Positions 1-9,986 of a DNA stretch of 64,000 nt are shown here, piece by piece; the stretch's first letter is position 1; every line of letters begins with the position of its first letter. A program made the translations under genes and the position numbers. This stretch comes from a bacterium (lineage in GTDB: Bacteria; Hinthialibacterota; Hinthialibacteria; Hinthialibacterales; Hinthialibacteraceae), in assembly GCA_963663405.2 (NCBI GenBank), contig CAXXSM010000061.1, positions 1 through 64,000 on the forward strand. Reading direction: 5' to 3'. The notes under the pieces are model-generated. The model was not told the DNA's origin, ran no database searches, and saw nothing but the letters and a program-made list of their open reading frames with translations.

Positions 1-1
1 G

Positions 2-1300
2 GAAGAAGAACAGCTCCGGCCGGTTCTTTGGCGCCATTGGATGAAAATCCCTGGGCGGGGGCTGATCGGCATCTTCGATCGTTCCTGGTACTATCCCACC
101 ATCGCCGGCCGGATCGAAGAAAAATGGAACGACCGCATCTGGAACACCCGGAAGGAAGAAATTAAGCAATTCGAGCGACAATTGGTGGATGATGGAGTCA
201 TTCTCGTCAAATTTTGGCTTCATATCACCAAGAAAGAACAGAAAAAACGCTTCCGGAGAATGGAAAAAAGTTCATACGAAGGATGGCGGATCACTAAAGA
301 GGACTGGAAGAGACACAGAAAATTTGAGAAATATCTCGCCGCCACCGATGAAATTCTCGTCGAAACCGACACGCCTTACGCTCCCTGGACGATTTCCTCT
401 TCCGCAGACCGAAGGTATCGCCGGATCCATATCTTGCGAACTATTGTGGAGACTCTCAGCCGGGCCGAAGAAGAAGGCGCCCATCCTGTTACACCGGTCA
501 GCGCAGTGCCTACTTCATTCGAAATCCGCCATCCAAGCGCGGCGACGATTCTGGATCGAGTGGATCTTTCGAAATCTCTTACGCGGGATGAATATCGCGA
601 ACAATTGGATGCCTATCAGACACGTCTGCGGCAACTCGAATTCGCCTGTTATACACGGCGCACGCCCGTAATTATCACTTATGAAGGCTGGGACGCCGCC
701 GGAAAAGGAGGAAACATCAAACGCGTGACTCAGAAATTGGATCCACGCGGCTACTCCGTGATTCCAATCGCCGCGCCGAAAGGAGACGCGGCGGTCCGCC
801 ATTATCTCTGGCGATTCTGGAAATATATCCCCAAAGCGGGTCATTTCGCAATTTATGATAGGACATGGTACGGAAGAGTGCTTGTAGAACGAGTCGAAGG
901 ATTTTGTAAAGAAGCGGATTGGAAACGGGCGTATTATGAAATCAACGAATTTGAACGCCATCTTGCGGATTTCGGAACGATCATCGTCAAATTCTGGCTG
1001 CACCTCAGTAAAGAAGAACAACTCAATCGTTTCAACGAACGAAAAGAAAATCCCCATAAACAATACAAATTGACCGATGAGGATTGGCGTAATCGAGAAA
1101 AATGGGATTTATATAAAACCGCCGTCTGTGAAATGATCGAACGGACCAACACCAGCTACGCTCCCTGGACGATTATTGAAGGGGATTGCAAACTTTGGGC
1201 GCGGGTGAAAGCATTGAAAACCATTGTAAACGCGATTGAGGACCAATTGCCATCGAAGCGCAAATACCGGTACGCGGGCAAAGTCTCAATGAATACTTGA
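2..1300 (+). CDS. pap: Polyphosphate:AMP phosphotransferase (two-domain PPK2), 5' end outside window
   Basis: Frame open from position 2 (EEEQLRPVLWRHW...). PPK2 motifs FDRSWY/YDRTWY occur in both domains; Walker A EGWDAAGKGG in the second domain. Confidence 0.92.
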   Translation, partial: EEEQLRPVLWRHWMKIPGRGLIGIFDRSWYYPTIAGRIEEKWNDRIWNTRKEEIKQFERQLVDDGVILVKFWLHITKKEQKKRFRRMEKSSYEGWRITKEDWKRHRKFEKYLAATDEILVETDTPYAPWTISSSADRRYRRIHILRTIVETLSRAEEEGAHPVTPVSAVPTSFEIRHPSAATILDRVDLSKSLTRDEYREQLDAYQTRLRQLEFACYTRRTPVIITYEGWDAAGKGGNIKRVTQKLDPRGYSVIPIAAPKGDAAVRHYLWRFWKYIPKAGHFAIYDRTWYGRVLVERVEGFCKEADWKRAYYEINEFERHLADFGTIIVKFWLHLSKEEQLNRFNERKENPHKQYKLTDEDWRNREKWDLYKTAVCEMIERTNTSYAPWTIIEGDCKLWARVKALKTIVNAIEDQLPSKRKYRYAGKVSMNT

Positions 1301-1622
1301 CACCAAACTTTTTTATGAAGGAATACACTATACGAAAGTAATCGAAAAATCATTCATATCCGACCCCGTTCGGAGACTCTGTTCGATTTGTTTTTCTTTG
1401 AATAATCAGATACGATCTCTGAGACCTGTGTCATATTAATCCAATACTATTTGGCGCCTCTCCTAATTAAATTCTAACATCAATTAATAGTCATAACTGT
1501 CTAGTGCAAGATATATTTTCACCGTATACATAATCCGGACATTTAGAAAAAGAATAGATATTTCCCGTGTAGGTTCTTTTTTTCAAATATTCAATTTCAT
1601 TTATTAAGGAGTGGTTTTTCTT

Positions 1623-4349
1623 ATGAATTTACAATTCACCCGGAATTTAAATCTCAGTATCTCCTTCTGTCTCATTGCAATATCCTCAATCTCTTCTTTC
1701 GCGCAAGATGCGGTGAATCGCGCCGCTGCCATTTCGGTGTCTGATACTGTGGCTGCCAGGGATATCGAACCCATCGGCGTAAATCTAACCACAATTACAG
1801 GCGGCACGAATTTCGCAACCAATAATTTTATCCGGGGAAGCGGAATGGAACCCGGCGTCATTCGATTTATCGCGCGTATTGAGCGCTTTGGCGATGGTTG
1901 GATGGAATGGGACCAAAGCCTCGGTGGTGTACATATGTGGGATCAAAACCGGACTGGATTCGGAGACGGGGCGGCCGTGCGCCTTTATCGGATCGTTGAT
2001 GCGGAAGGCAACCCGCTTTCCTATCGGAATGGAACCGAACTCGTCGACATTGAGGGCGCGGATCACGTCATCTTTCTCGGCGAGACCACCGTTCCTGAAG
2101 GCGGTTGGGTCGCGGAAGGATCGGATGGCGCTGTGAACCGGATTCATTTGGAAGATAATTCGATTGAATTAGCCTATGGCGATCACGCCATCATTACCGT
2201 TGAAAAAACAATCGTCCGATCCGATGAAGTCCATCCCCGGCTATTGGAATGGTTTAAGCCAAATGTTGGGATCTTCCAAGTACCCGAAGGCGCAACGGCG
2301 CGATTAGAACCACATCCAGGTAAACTCCCGGAAGAGTTTACGGAGCCGGGAGACACTTGTCTGCACATCACCACGCCTCAGAATAAATCGTATGAATTTC
2401 GACAGTATATTTTTCACGGTTTTGATGATGGAGAGGGGCAATGGTACAGTCAACTTGAACCGGGGGCGCCGTATCGCGCCAAAGTCTGGCTCCGGCAAGA
2501 GAACATACCCAATGGAGACGTTCGATTCGCCTGCAGTGGCCCATACAGAGAATTGACGCCAGAACAACCGTGGAAAGTCACGGGTGAATGGGCAAAATAT
2601 ACGTACGATTTTACTGGCCCGGCCTATCCATCTCCTTCTGGGTATCACGCATCGTTTGGTCTGTTAATAGAAGGCAAAGGCGATCTATGGGTGGATAATT
2701 TTGTCGTCTACCGCAATGACGCGCAGCATGGAAACCGGCCGTTTACTCCACACCGTCTTTCATTTGATGAACTCATGAGCGCGATGCCGCCATCAGGTCC
2801 AAAACCTGCAGTCCGTTTTTATGAACCAATCTATTCCGGTCATTCACCGATGAAGCGGATGTTGTCAAATTATCCCAGCAGCCGCATCGATTTTATTTAC
2901 AATATCCAGGCGCCCAGCCATGCGATGTCGATTCCGCATTGTCTGGAATGGTCACTGGCGACGGGAGAGAGTCCTAATGACCGTGTAGTTCCCTATTTAA
3001 CACTATCGGAAGAATATACCGAAGTCGAATGGGTACAGCTGATGGAATACCTTGGTGTTCCATACGATCCGGATTCAGATACGCCGGAAGAAAAGCCTTG
3101 GGCCTATCTTCGTCACACACAACGCGGCGGAGGCGTTCCTTGGACGGATGAATTTCGTGAAATCGTTATCGAAATCGGCAATGAAACTTGGCATGCGGGT
3201 GTGCTCGCGGGCTGGGATGGATTCGGAAAGCCAGGTTGGGTGCATCATGGCGGCGCTGAATATGGGCTATTCGCTAATTATTATTTCCAGGAAAACGCCG
3301 CCGCGCATCCCTGGTGGAAAGAATACAATTTGGGCGAAAAAATCCGATTCGCGCTCAATGGAAATTACGATGCGGATCCTGATGTTGGATACGGTGAACT
3401 GGCGGCGAAACGCGCGCCAAAAATCACTTCGTATGTCGGGCACGCGAACTACGTCGGCCCAAAATGGGAAACCGAAGAAGAACAATTTAAGGTGTTCGAC
3501 GCCCACGGGATGCAGGAAACGATCGTTGGAGGCTATCTGGGCATGTTTCCATTGATTGATCAAGTGAAAGAAACCCGCGATGAATTCGCGGAGAATGGAA
3601 CCGCCGATTATCGCCCCATCGCGTATGAAGGGGGTCCCAGCGGCTATTCTTTACCTGGTAAGGGAAATGATGAATCCGCCGCGATCGCTGAATTGTATGG
3701 AAAGTCTGTTGGGATGGCGGTTTCCGCGTTGGACACTTGGTTGTACTCCAGTCTGCGAGGATACGATCACCAATGTTTATACGCGTTCTCAAGCGGGAAG
3801 CGTTGGAAATCACATACGATGCCGAGAGCAGGCGGTTTCCGTCAGCATACCGGATGGCTGGCGCTGAAGATGCGGAATCTGTACGCGCCTGGAGATGAGA
3901 TGCTTGAAACGACGCTAGATAGCGTTCCATCTTACGAGCGAAGCGGGAATCAGGTTCCTTTAGTCTCCGCATATACGATTCATGATAATGATACGTATTC
4001 CGTTTTCGTCTTGAACCGGAAAATACCGGGAGAACATGACGGCGTTGATTTTGGCGACGGTATAACGCCGGTCACGATTCGTTTACCTTTTGAAGAATGC
4101 CGGGCAATCACACGCTATGCGTTGACTGCGCCGGATGGCTCACCGGTATCACCATCAGTTTCCAATACGGAAAAAGTCAATGTAAGCATAACATCCGTTT
4201 CGATCGAACCATCAGCTTTGTCCGGCGGCGTTCTTGAAATCGGACCGGAAACAGGTGGTGTGGAAGGTGGAATGGCGCCTGGAACGATTTACCTTTATGT
4301 GTTCAAAAAGAAACAAACAGTATCGATCAACCAGTGGAAGAATATATAA
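1623..4349 (+). CDS. Secreted clan GH-A-like glycoside hydrolase (GH51/GH39-like) with CBM4/9-like module
   Basis: Signal peptide; AAGGAG RBS before ATG 1623; IEIGNETW acid/base-type and AYEGG nucleophile-type motifs; CBM-like segment (VTGEWAKYTYDF...LWVDNFVVY); C-terminal beta-sandwich. Confidence 0.65.
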   Translation: MNLQFTRNLNLSISFCLIAISSISSFAQDAVNRAAAISVSDTVAARDIEPIGVNLTTITGGTNFATNNFIRGSGMEPGVIRFIARIERFGDGWMEWDQSLGGVHMWDQNRTGFGDGAAVRLYRIVDAEGNPLSYRNGTELVDIEGADHVIFLGETTVPEGGWVAEGSDGAVNRIHLEDNSIELAYGDHAIITVEKTIVRSDEVHPRLLEWFKPNVGIFQVPEGATARLEPHPGKLPEEFTEPGDTCLHITTPQNKSYEFRQYIFHGFDDGEGQWYSQLEPGAPYRAKVWLRQENIPNGDVRFACSGPYRELTPEQPWKVTGEWAKYTYDFTGPAYPSPSGYHASFGLLIEGKGDLWVDNFVVYRNDAQHGNRPFTPHRLSFDELMSAMPPSGPKPAVRFYEPIYSGHSPMKRMLSNYPSSRIDFIYNIQAPSHAMSIPHCLEWSLATGESPNDRVVPYLTLSEEYTEVEWVQLMEYLGVPYDPDSDTPEEKPWAYLRHTQRGGGVPWTDEFREIVIEIGNETWHAGVLAGWDGFGKPGWVHHGGAEYGLFANYYFQENAAAHPWWKEYNLGEKIRFALNGNYDADPDVGYGELAAKRAPKITSYVGHANYVGPKWETEEEQFKVFDAHGMQETIVGGYLGMFPLIDQVKETRDEFAENGTADYRPIAYEGGPSGYSLPGKGNDESAAIAELYGKSVGMAVSALDTWLYSSLRGYDHQCLYAFSSGKRWKSHTMPRAGGFRQHTGWLALKMRNLYAPGDEMLETTLDSVPSYERSGNQVPLVSAYTIHDNDTYSVFVLNRKIPGEHDGVDFGDGITPVTIRLPFEECRAITRYALTAPDGSPVSPSVSNTEKVNVSITSVSIEPSALSGGVLEIGPETGGVEGGMAPGTIYLYVFKKKQTVSINQWKNI

Positions 4350-4664
4350 ATGAGGTTGATTAGGTTGAAGACTGAAGGCTGAAGGAAATGCATTGCGCCT
4401 TCGGCGCTTGTTTGTGGGCTTTGGCGCCAATTATGATTTACTATTGACTTGGTTTTAATCGCTCACTTAATTTACAACTATTATTAAATCCGAAGGTCAC
4501 TGGATTGGAGTTAACCAGTGACCTATTTTATTAGATATAGTTATTGATTGGGATATTGAACACAATATATAGAGGTGATCTAGTAATAAAAGACATTCCG
4601 AATGGTTTATAGAAATCTATATAAGCGCCTATTTTGTAAAATTTAGACTCTTTTACATACAGAA

Positions 4665-4739
4665 TTGAGGTTTTTTTGCCACAATTTTGGTAAAAAAACC
4701 TCAAAGAATCTTGACTTTCCTATTGGCTTCGATCATAGT
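4665..4739 (+). promoter_or_regulatory. 17-bp inverted repeat abutting a putative sigma70 promoter of the porin gene
   Basis: TTGAGGTTTTTTTGCCA-6nt-TGGTAAAAAAACCTCAA (4665-4704), then TTGACT(4711)-17bp-CATAGT. Confidence 0.45.
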
Positions 4740-4909
4740 ATAAATCGAAAAAAAACATGAAATTCTTATTTTAGAAAAAGAGATTTATAAATGAAAGGAG
4801 AAATATCGCGAGGAAAAGAAGAGTGAGATAATTCAATACGTTTTTGGGTCTGTATGAGAGGGTGATGTTAAAAAAAATTATAAGTTGAGAAGAAGGGGGT
4901 TTACCTAGA

Positions 4910-6268
4910 ATGAAGAAAGTAACAGTATTTACACTCGTATCCTTTTTTGCTTTTGGAACATTCGCCTATGCCGACATCGATAATCTGGATATCGGCGGCG
5001 ATATTATGATGGAATATTTTTTCAGTGAGAATTTCGATCTCAATGATAGTGACCTAGCCGATGACGAAACCGATTTCCTCCGCATGGAAGCGCACATCTG
5101 GTTCCAGGCTGACCTCGATGACAACATCACTGCCCGGCTCAGCCTTGAAGTCGATCGTGAATATGACGGAACGAATCTTGGAAATAAAAATTACGCCACG
5201 AAGGATGATTTTGGCTTCAGCCAACTGGATGTATTCCTGGAAGAAGCGCTGATCAAAGTCGCCAATATTGGTGGTTCTGGATTCTCGATAGGGGCAGGCC
5301 GTCAATTCCTGAATTACGGTGATGATCCTCTCTCTGAAGATGAGTTCAACACATGGTGGGGACCTGGCTTCATTATCGCTGACGCTCATAGCACCGATCC
5401 TCTCTTGCTTTCGGACTTGGGAAGCTATGAAATTGATCCTTTTGACTCGGTCGTTGGTTCGTATCAAACCGAAACAGCTCGCGTGGATTTGATTTACGCG
5501 CGTGATGTTGAAGATTTCTACAACAACTGGAACGCGAGTCCTGGCCCAAATAAAAATGACGATGCGAGCATGTGGGCGCTCTATGGCTCCTATTATGGCA
5601 TTGAAGGACATCAGCTCGATCTTTATTTCACTTGGAATCAACAAGACCGGAACTTGGCGGGCAGCCTTCTATTAGACGGCGATCACTTCATCGTCGGTGG
5701 CCGTGCGGCGGGTGATCTAACCGAAGAATTCGCGTATAAAGCAGAAATCGCTTATCAGTTTGAAGACGCTGATCGTCAGGGTGTACAGGATAACGACGCC
5801 TTAGCCGGTCAAGTGGGTATCAATTATCACCCCGCGATCGATTACGAGCCCAACATTGGCTTCATCTACACCTACCTCGCCGAAGATAACAACGGCTTGG
5901 GCTTTTACGCTCCATACGAAGGTAAAACCTTTGGTTTAATCACAGAAGGTCTTGTCAAATGGGGCAATGGTTTGGGCGTATTCACCAATATGCACGTGTT
6001 CAACCTCAATGGCGGCATATTGTTGAATGAAGACCTTGCTTGGACACTCGATCTTTACTATTTAATGCTTGAAGAAGACAATTTCTACAATAATAACCAA
6101 GAAGTTGGCTTTGAAGTGGATACTCAGTTTGATTACCGCTTCAACGACAATTTGACCACCTTCCTCGGTGGCGGCATCTTCCTTCCGGATGATGCGGCGG
6201 AATTCATGGCGGGCAACAATGATGATGAAGCGGTCTTCGTTCGCGCTGGCATGAAAGTAAACTTCTAA
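4910..6268 (+). CDS. Alginate export (AlgE) family outer-membrane beta-barrel protein
   Basis: Signal peptide, amphipathic beta-strands, GRQxLxYGD and GFEVD motifs, C-terminal Phe (MKVNF). Confidence 0.75.
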   Translation: MKKVTVFTLVSFFAFGTFAYADIDNLDIGGDIMMEYFFSENFDLNDSDLADDETDFLRMEAHIWFQADLDDNITARLSLEVDREYDGTNLGNKNYATKDDFGFSQLDVFLEEALIKVANIGGSGFSIGAGRQFLNYGDDPLSEDEFNTWWGPGFIIADAHSTDPLLLSDLGSYEIDPFDSVVGSYQTETARVDLIYARDVEDFYNNWNASPGPNKNDDASMWALYGSYYGIEGHQLDLYFTWNQQDRNLAGSLLLDGDHFIVGGRAAGDLTEEFAYKAEIAYQFEDADRQGVQDNDALAGQVGINYHPAIDYEPNIGFIYTYLAEDNNGLGFYAPYEGKTFGLITEGLVKWGNGLGVFTNMHVFNLNGGILLNEDLAWTLDLYYLMLEEDNFYNNNQEVGFEVDTQFDYRFNDNLTTFLGGGIFLPDDAAEFMAGNNDDEAVFVRAGMKVNF

Positions 6269-6299
6269 TTCAAGCCAGAAAACATAAGCACTTGAATCG

Positions 6300-6335
6300 A
6301 GAGACGGCGTTTTTTGAGCGCCGTCTCTTTTTTTT
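6300..6335 (+). terminator. Rho-independent terminator
   Basis: AGAGACGGCG-loop-CGCCGTCTCT followed by a T run. Confidence 0.85.
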
Positions 6336-6463
6336 GGGGGGAAGCAATACTGAGTGGGAAATTGAATGGCGATGAATAGCATTAGGTGAAAAGAATAGAA
6401 TAACATTGTAGCCGTCTAAATATATTCGTTTTAATGTATTATAAGTAATAGGGGGATTTAGCG

Positions 6464-6712
6464 ATGAAAGCGATTACTTTTAAAAATATTAAAGGTCAAG
6501 AATTGCCTCTCGAGTGGGCTCAGCAAGCTGGTGTGCGTCCCGATGAGCGAGTAAATATAACGATTCAATCCTGCATATCTAAAAAGGCGCGGCGTCAACT
6601 GGATAGAACGGCGATGCAACAAGTACTTGATGAAGTGAAAGCATTACCTGTTCTCGATAATCGAACTCCCGATGAAATCATTGGCTACGATGGAAACGGT
6701 TTACTGCTATGA
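6464..6712 (+). CDS. vapB: VapB-family antitoxin (Rv0623-like)
   Basis: C-terminal LPVLDNRTPDEIIGYDGNGL signature; ATGA overlap with a PIN-like start. Confidence 0.75.
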   Translation: MKAITFKNIKGQELPLEWAQQAGVRPDERVNITIQSCISKKARRQLDRTAMQQVLDEVKALPVLDNRTPDEIIGYDGNGLLL

Positions 6713-6797
6713 TTCTGGATTCATCTGCGCTCTGACACTATTACAAGATGAGCCGGAAAGCGGAAAGAACCAATTCGATCTCATACCTTCCAAATAA
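6709..6797 (+). pseudogene. vapC: vapC (PIN toxin) relic, frameshifted and truncated
   Basis: MILDSSAL-stop; a -1 shift continues LTLLQDEPES, matching the VapC N-terminus MxxDxSALxAxLxxEP. The rest of the gene is absent. Confidence 0.75.
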
Positions 6798-7035
6798 AAC
6801 AGATATATACTCGTTTAAAATATTTATTTCCCTATTCACACTTTTTTGCAGGATCCTTTTACAAAATAATCGGCTCCAATCAAGCGCTGGTTGACCGAGT
6901 TGAATGTATAGAAGACTTTCTTCGAGCGGTTTGCGCTCGTATACTATTTCTTTTGCCGCGAAATAATAAAACAGAACGGACCCTTTTCTGCGGCGGCGCC
7001 GCTGATGTCCGTGATTGGAGACAATAGAAGAAAAA

Positions 7036-9696
7036 ATGGATATCCCGAAACGCTACGATCCGGCTGTATCCCGCGAAAAATGGTATCAATTCTGGCTCGA
7101 TCATAATCTGTTCCACGCCGATCCAAAAAGCGAAAAACAACCGTTTTCTATTGTGATTCCACCACCAAATGTGACCGGGAAGCTTCACATCGGCCACGCC
7201 CTCAATAATTCTCTTCAGGATATCCTGTGCCGTTATAAATGGATGGACGGCTATGAGGTACTCTGGATGCCCGGCACCGATCATGCGGGAATCGCTACGC
7301 AGAACGTAGTGGAGAAAAACCTGGCGAAGGAAAACTTGACACGCCACGATCTAGGCCGGGAGAAATTGATCGAACGGATTTGGGAATGGAAAAAAGAGTA
7401 CGGCGATACCATCATTCATCAATTGAAATACCTGGGCTCATCCTGCGATTGGGCGCGCACCCGGTTCACAATGGACGAAGGCTGCTCACGGGCCGTGCGC
7501 GAAGTGTTCGTGCGGCTGTATGAAGACGGGTATCTTTACCGGGGGAACTATCTAGTGAACTGGTGTCCCCGCTGCCATACAACCCTATCTGACGATGAAG
7601 TTGAGTACACTGACGCGAAAGGCGCGTTTTATCATATCCACTATCCCTTCGCGGATGGCGCCGGACACGTCACCGTCGCCACAACACGTCCTGAAACCAT
7701 GTTGGGTGACACCGCTGTGGCGGTTCATCCAGACGATGACCGTTATCAGGATTTAATCGGCAAAGAAGTGATTCTCCCGCTGATGGAGAGACGGATTCCC
7801 GTCATCGCGGATTCTTACGTTGACCGGGAATTTGGAACCGGCGCGTTGAAAGTCACGCCTGCTCATGACATTAACGACTTTGAATTAGGAAAACGGCATA
7901 ATCTGGAACAGGTGAATATTTTCAATGACGACGCCACGATCAATGAAAACGGCGGTGTTTACCAAGGATTGGACCGGGACGAATGCCGCAAGCGGGTTGT
8001 GGCCGATTTAAAAACAAAGGGCCTTTTAGAAAAGATTGAAGAAATCGATCACCGGGTCGGCGGCTGTTACCGGTGTAATACCGTGACGGAACCGTATCTC
8101 TCCCTTCAATGGTTCATCAAAATGAAACCCCTGATGGAAGAGCCATTGAAAGCCGTGCGGGACGGCCGCATCCAGTTTATTCCCAAACAATGGGAAAACA
8201 CCTACTTTTCCTGGGTGGAGAATGTGCGGGATTGGCCGATCTCACGGCAAATCTGGTGGGGACACCGGCTTCCGGTCTGGTACTGTAATGACTGCGATGA
8301 AATTACAGTCTCCCGCACTGATCCGGATGTCTGCGCTCATTGCCAAAGCGTCAACATCCGTCAGGAAGAAGATGTCCTCGACACGTGGTTCTCCTCTGCC
8401 CTCTGGCCCTTCTCGACGATGGGATGGCCGGACAAAACGGAGGAACTGGCGAAATTCTATCCCACCAATGTCTTGGTGACCGCCCACGATATCATCTACT
8501 TCTGGGTCGCGCGGATGATTATGATGGGTCTCTATATAATGAAGGATATCCCCTTTGAGGACGTCTATATCACCGCCCTGGTCCGGGATTCGCAGGGACG
8601 GAAAATGTCGAAGTCCTTGGGCAACGCCATCGATCCAATCGACGTAATCGATACATATGGTGTGGATTCGGTCCGTTTCACTTTGGCGATTCTCGCCGCG
8701 CAGGGACGTAACATCAATCTGGCGGAAGACCGCATCGAAGGGTACCGGAATTTTACCAATAAAATCTGGAACGCCGCCCGGTTGATTCTTGCGGCTGTCG
8801 AAGAAGGGGAAACGATCGAACGTGATATCCCCCCGGAAAAACTGGAATGGGCCGACGGCTGGATTCTGTCTCGTTTGCAGCATGCGATTGATGCGGCTCG
8901 CAAAGGGATGGAAGCGTATAAATTTAATGAAGCGTCTGAGGCGCTCTATCAGTTTATCTGGCATGAGTACTGTGATTGGTACTTGGAATTGATCAAGCCC
9001 CGTCTCTATGGGGAAGACTTGGTGGCGCAGGCCGTTGTAAAAAGCATTGCGTTTCAAGCGCTGGAATGCGCGTTGCGGATGCTGCATCCCTTCGTCCCAT
9101 TCATCACGGAAGAACTTTGGCAGTTCCTGAAACCATTGGGAATACCGGAAGAGGACACAATTAGTATTATGCGCGCGCGGTATCCGGATCCCGATCCCAG
9201 CCGGATCGATGATTCTTTGGAAAATGAAGTGCGAAAATTCCAGCAGGTGGTGTATACCATCCGCAATATTCGAGGTGAGTTGAATATCGCGCCGTCCACG
9301 GTCACGACGGTGGAATTTAAAACAGACAATGGTCAGGAAGAGATTTTTTTAAAACAATACTATCCGATGCTGACAACGCTCTGCAGGATCAACAAAGATT
9401 TAATCGCGGGCGCTGACTTGGCCCCCCATCCCGCCGCCTCGATTGGTATTGTCGATGGAATGGAAGTGCGCGTCCATTGGCCCGCCGAGGTGGAAGAAAA
9501 AGAGATCGAGAGGCTTAAAAAACAGATTGAACAACTGAACGCCATCGTTGAACAGCGCGGGAAAAAACTGGCCAATCCCAATTTTACCGGCAAAGCGCCT
9601 GAAAAAGTTGTCGAACAGGAACGCCAGCGATACGAAAAAGAAAAGTCTGAATGCGAACAACTTACAACCCAACTCGAACTTCTCACAGCTAAATGA
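7036..9696 (+). CDS. valS: Valine--tRNA ligase
   Basis: PPPNVTG-HIGH, DTWFSSALWPF and KMSKS motifs; C-terminal coiled coil. Start at 7036 (MDIPKRYDP) is preferred over 7015. Confidence 0.98.
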   Translation: MDIPKRYDPAVSREKWYQFWLDHNLFHADPKSEKQPFSIVIPPPNVTGKLHIGHALNNSLQDILCRYKWMDGYEVLWMPGTDHAGIATQNVVEKNLAKENLTRHDLGREKLIERIWEWKKEYGDTIIHQLKYLGSSCDWARTRFTMDEGCSRAVREVFVRLYEDGYLYRGNYLVNWCPRCHTTLSDDEVEYTDAKGAFYHIHYPFADGAGHVTVATTRPETMLGDTAVAVHPDDDRYQDLIGKEVILPLMERRIPVIADSYVDREFGTGALKVTPAHDINDFELGKRHNLEQVNIFNDDATINENGGVYQGLDRDECRKRVVADLKTKGLLEKIEEIDHRVGGCYRCNTVTEPYLSLQWFIKMKPLMEEPLKAVRDGRIQFIPKQWENTYFSWVENVRDWPISRQIWWGHRLPVWYCNDCDEITVSRTDPDVCAHCQSVNIRQEEDVLDTWFSSALWPFSTMGWPDKTEELAKFYPTNVLVTAHDIIYFWVARMIMMGLYIMKDIPFEDVYITALVRDSQGRKMSKSLGNAIDPIDVIDTYGVDSVRFTLAILAAQGRNINLAEDRIEGYRNFTNKIWNAARLILAAVEEGETIERDIPPEKLEWADGWILSRLQHAIDAARKGMEAYKFNEASEALYQFIWHEYCDWYLELIKPRLYGEDLVAQAVVKSIAFQALECALRMLHPFVPFITEELWQFLKPLGIPEEDTISIMRARYPDPDPSRIDDSLENEVRKFQQVVYTIRNIRGELNIAPSTVTTVEFKTDNGQEEIFLKQYYPMLTTLCRINKDLIAGADLAPHPAASIGIVDGMEVRVHWPAEVEEKEIERLKKQIEQLNAIVEQRGKKLANPNFTGKAPEKVVEQERQRYEKEKSECEQLTTQLELLTAK

Positions 9697-9725
9697 GTTG
9701 AAGGCGGCTAGAATGTAGGTTGAAG

Positions 9726-9861
9726 GATTGCGGAATCGAGACGCCGAGGATTAAAATCCTGAGCACGTTGAACAGAATATGTGGCGATGACTGTAAAGAT
9801 TGAGGAATCGAGGCGCCCAGGGTTGAAACCCTGGGCTAGTAGATATTGTCCCTGCGGGACA
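9726..9861. repeat. REP-like palindromic element, two imperfect 39-bp copies plus a small hairpin
   Basis: 9726-9764 vs 9798-9836 are 32/39 identical; GCCCAGGGTTGAAACCCTGGGC palindrome and TGTCCC-TGC-GGGACA hairpin. Confidence 0.65.
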
Positions 9862-9986
9862 TACAATTAGTTCTGATTTTATTCGCTGGGCGCTCAGGTA
9901 AGTTTTTTTCTCCTATCAAAATTACTTATTATCCGCAAGAATTCGATAATTAATATTCTTCCGCTAGACGTAAATAGAATAAATCG

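Noticed and set aside
4366-4410. TGAAGAC-TGAAGGC-TGAAGG heptamer run and GCGCC-TTC-GGCGC hairpin
   Set aside because: Too short to support; at most a relic of a repeat element.
6800-7035. T-box leader upstream of valS
   Set aside because: No AAnnnGGGTGGnACC T-box sequence or terminator/antiterminator.
9726-9836. Mini CRISPR array (39-bp repeats, 33-bp spacer)
   Set aside because: Only two copies with 7 mismatches and no cas genes; a REP-like element explains it better.
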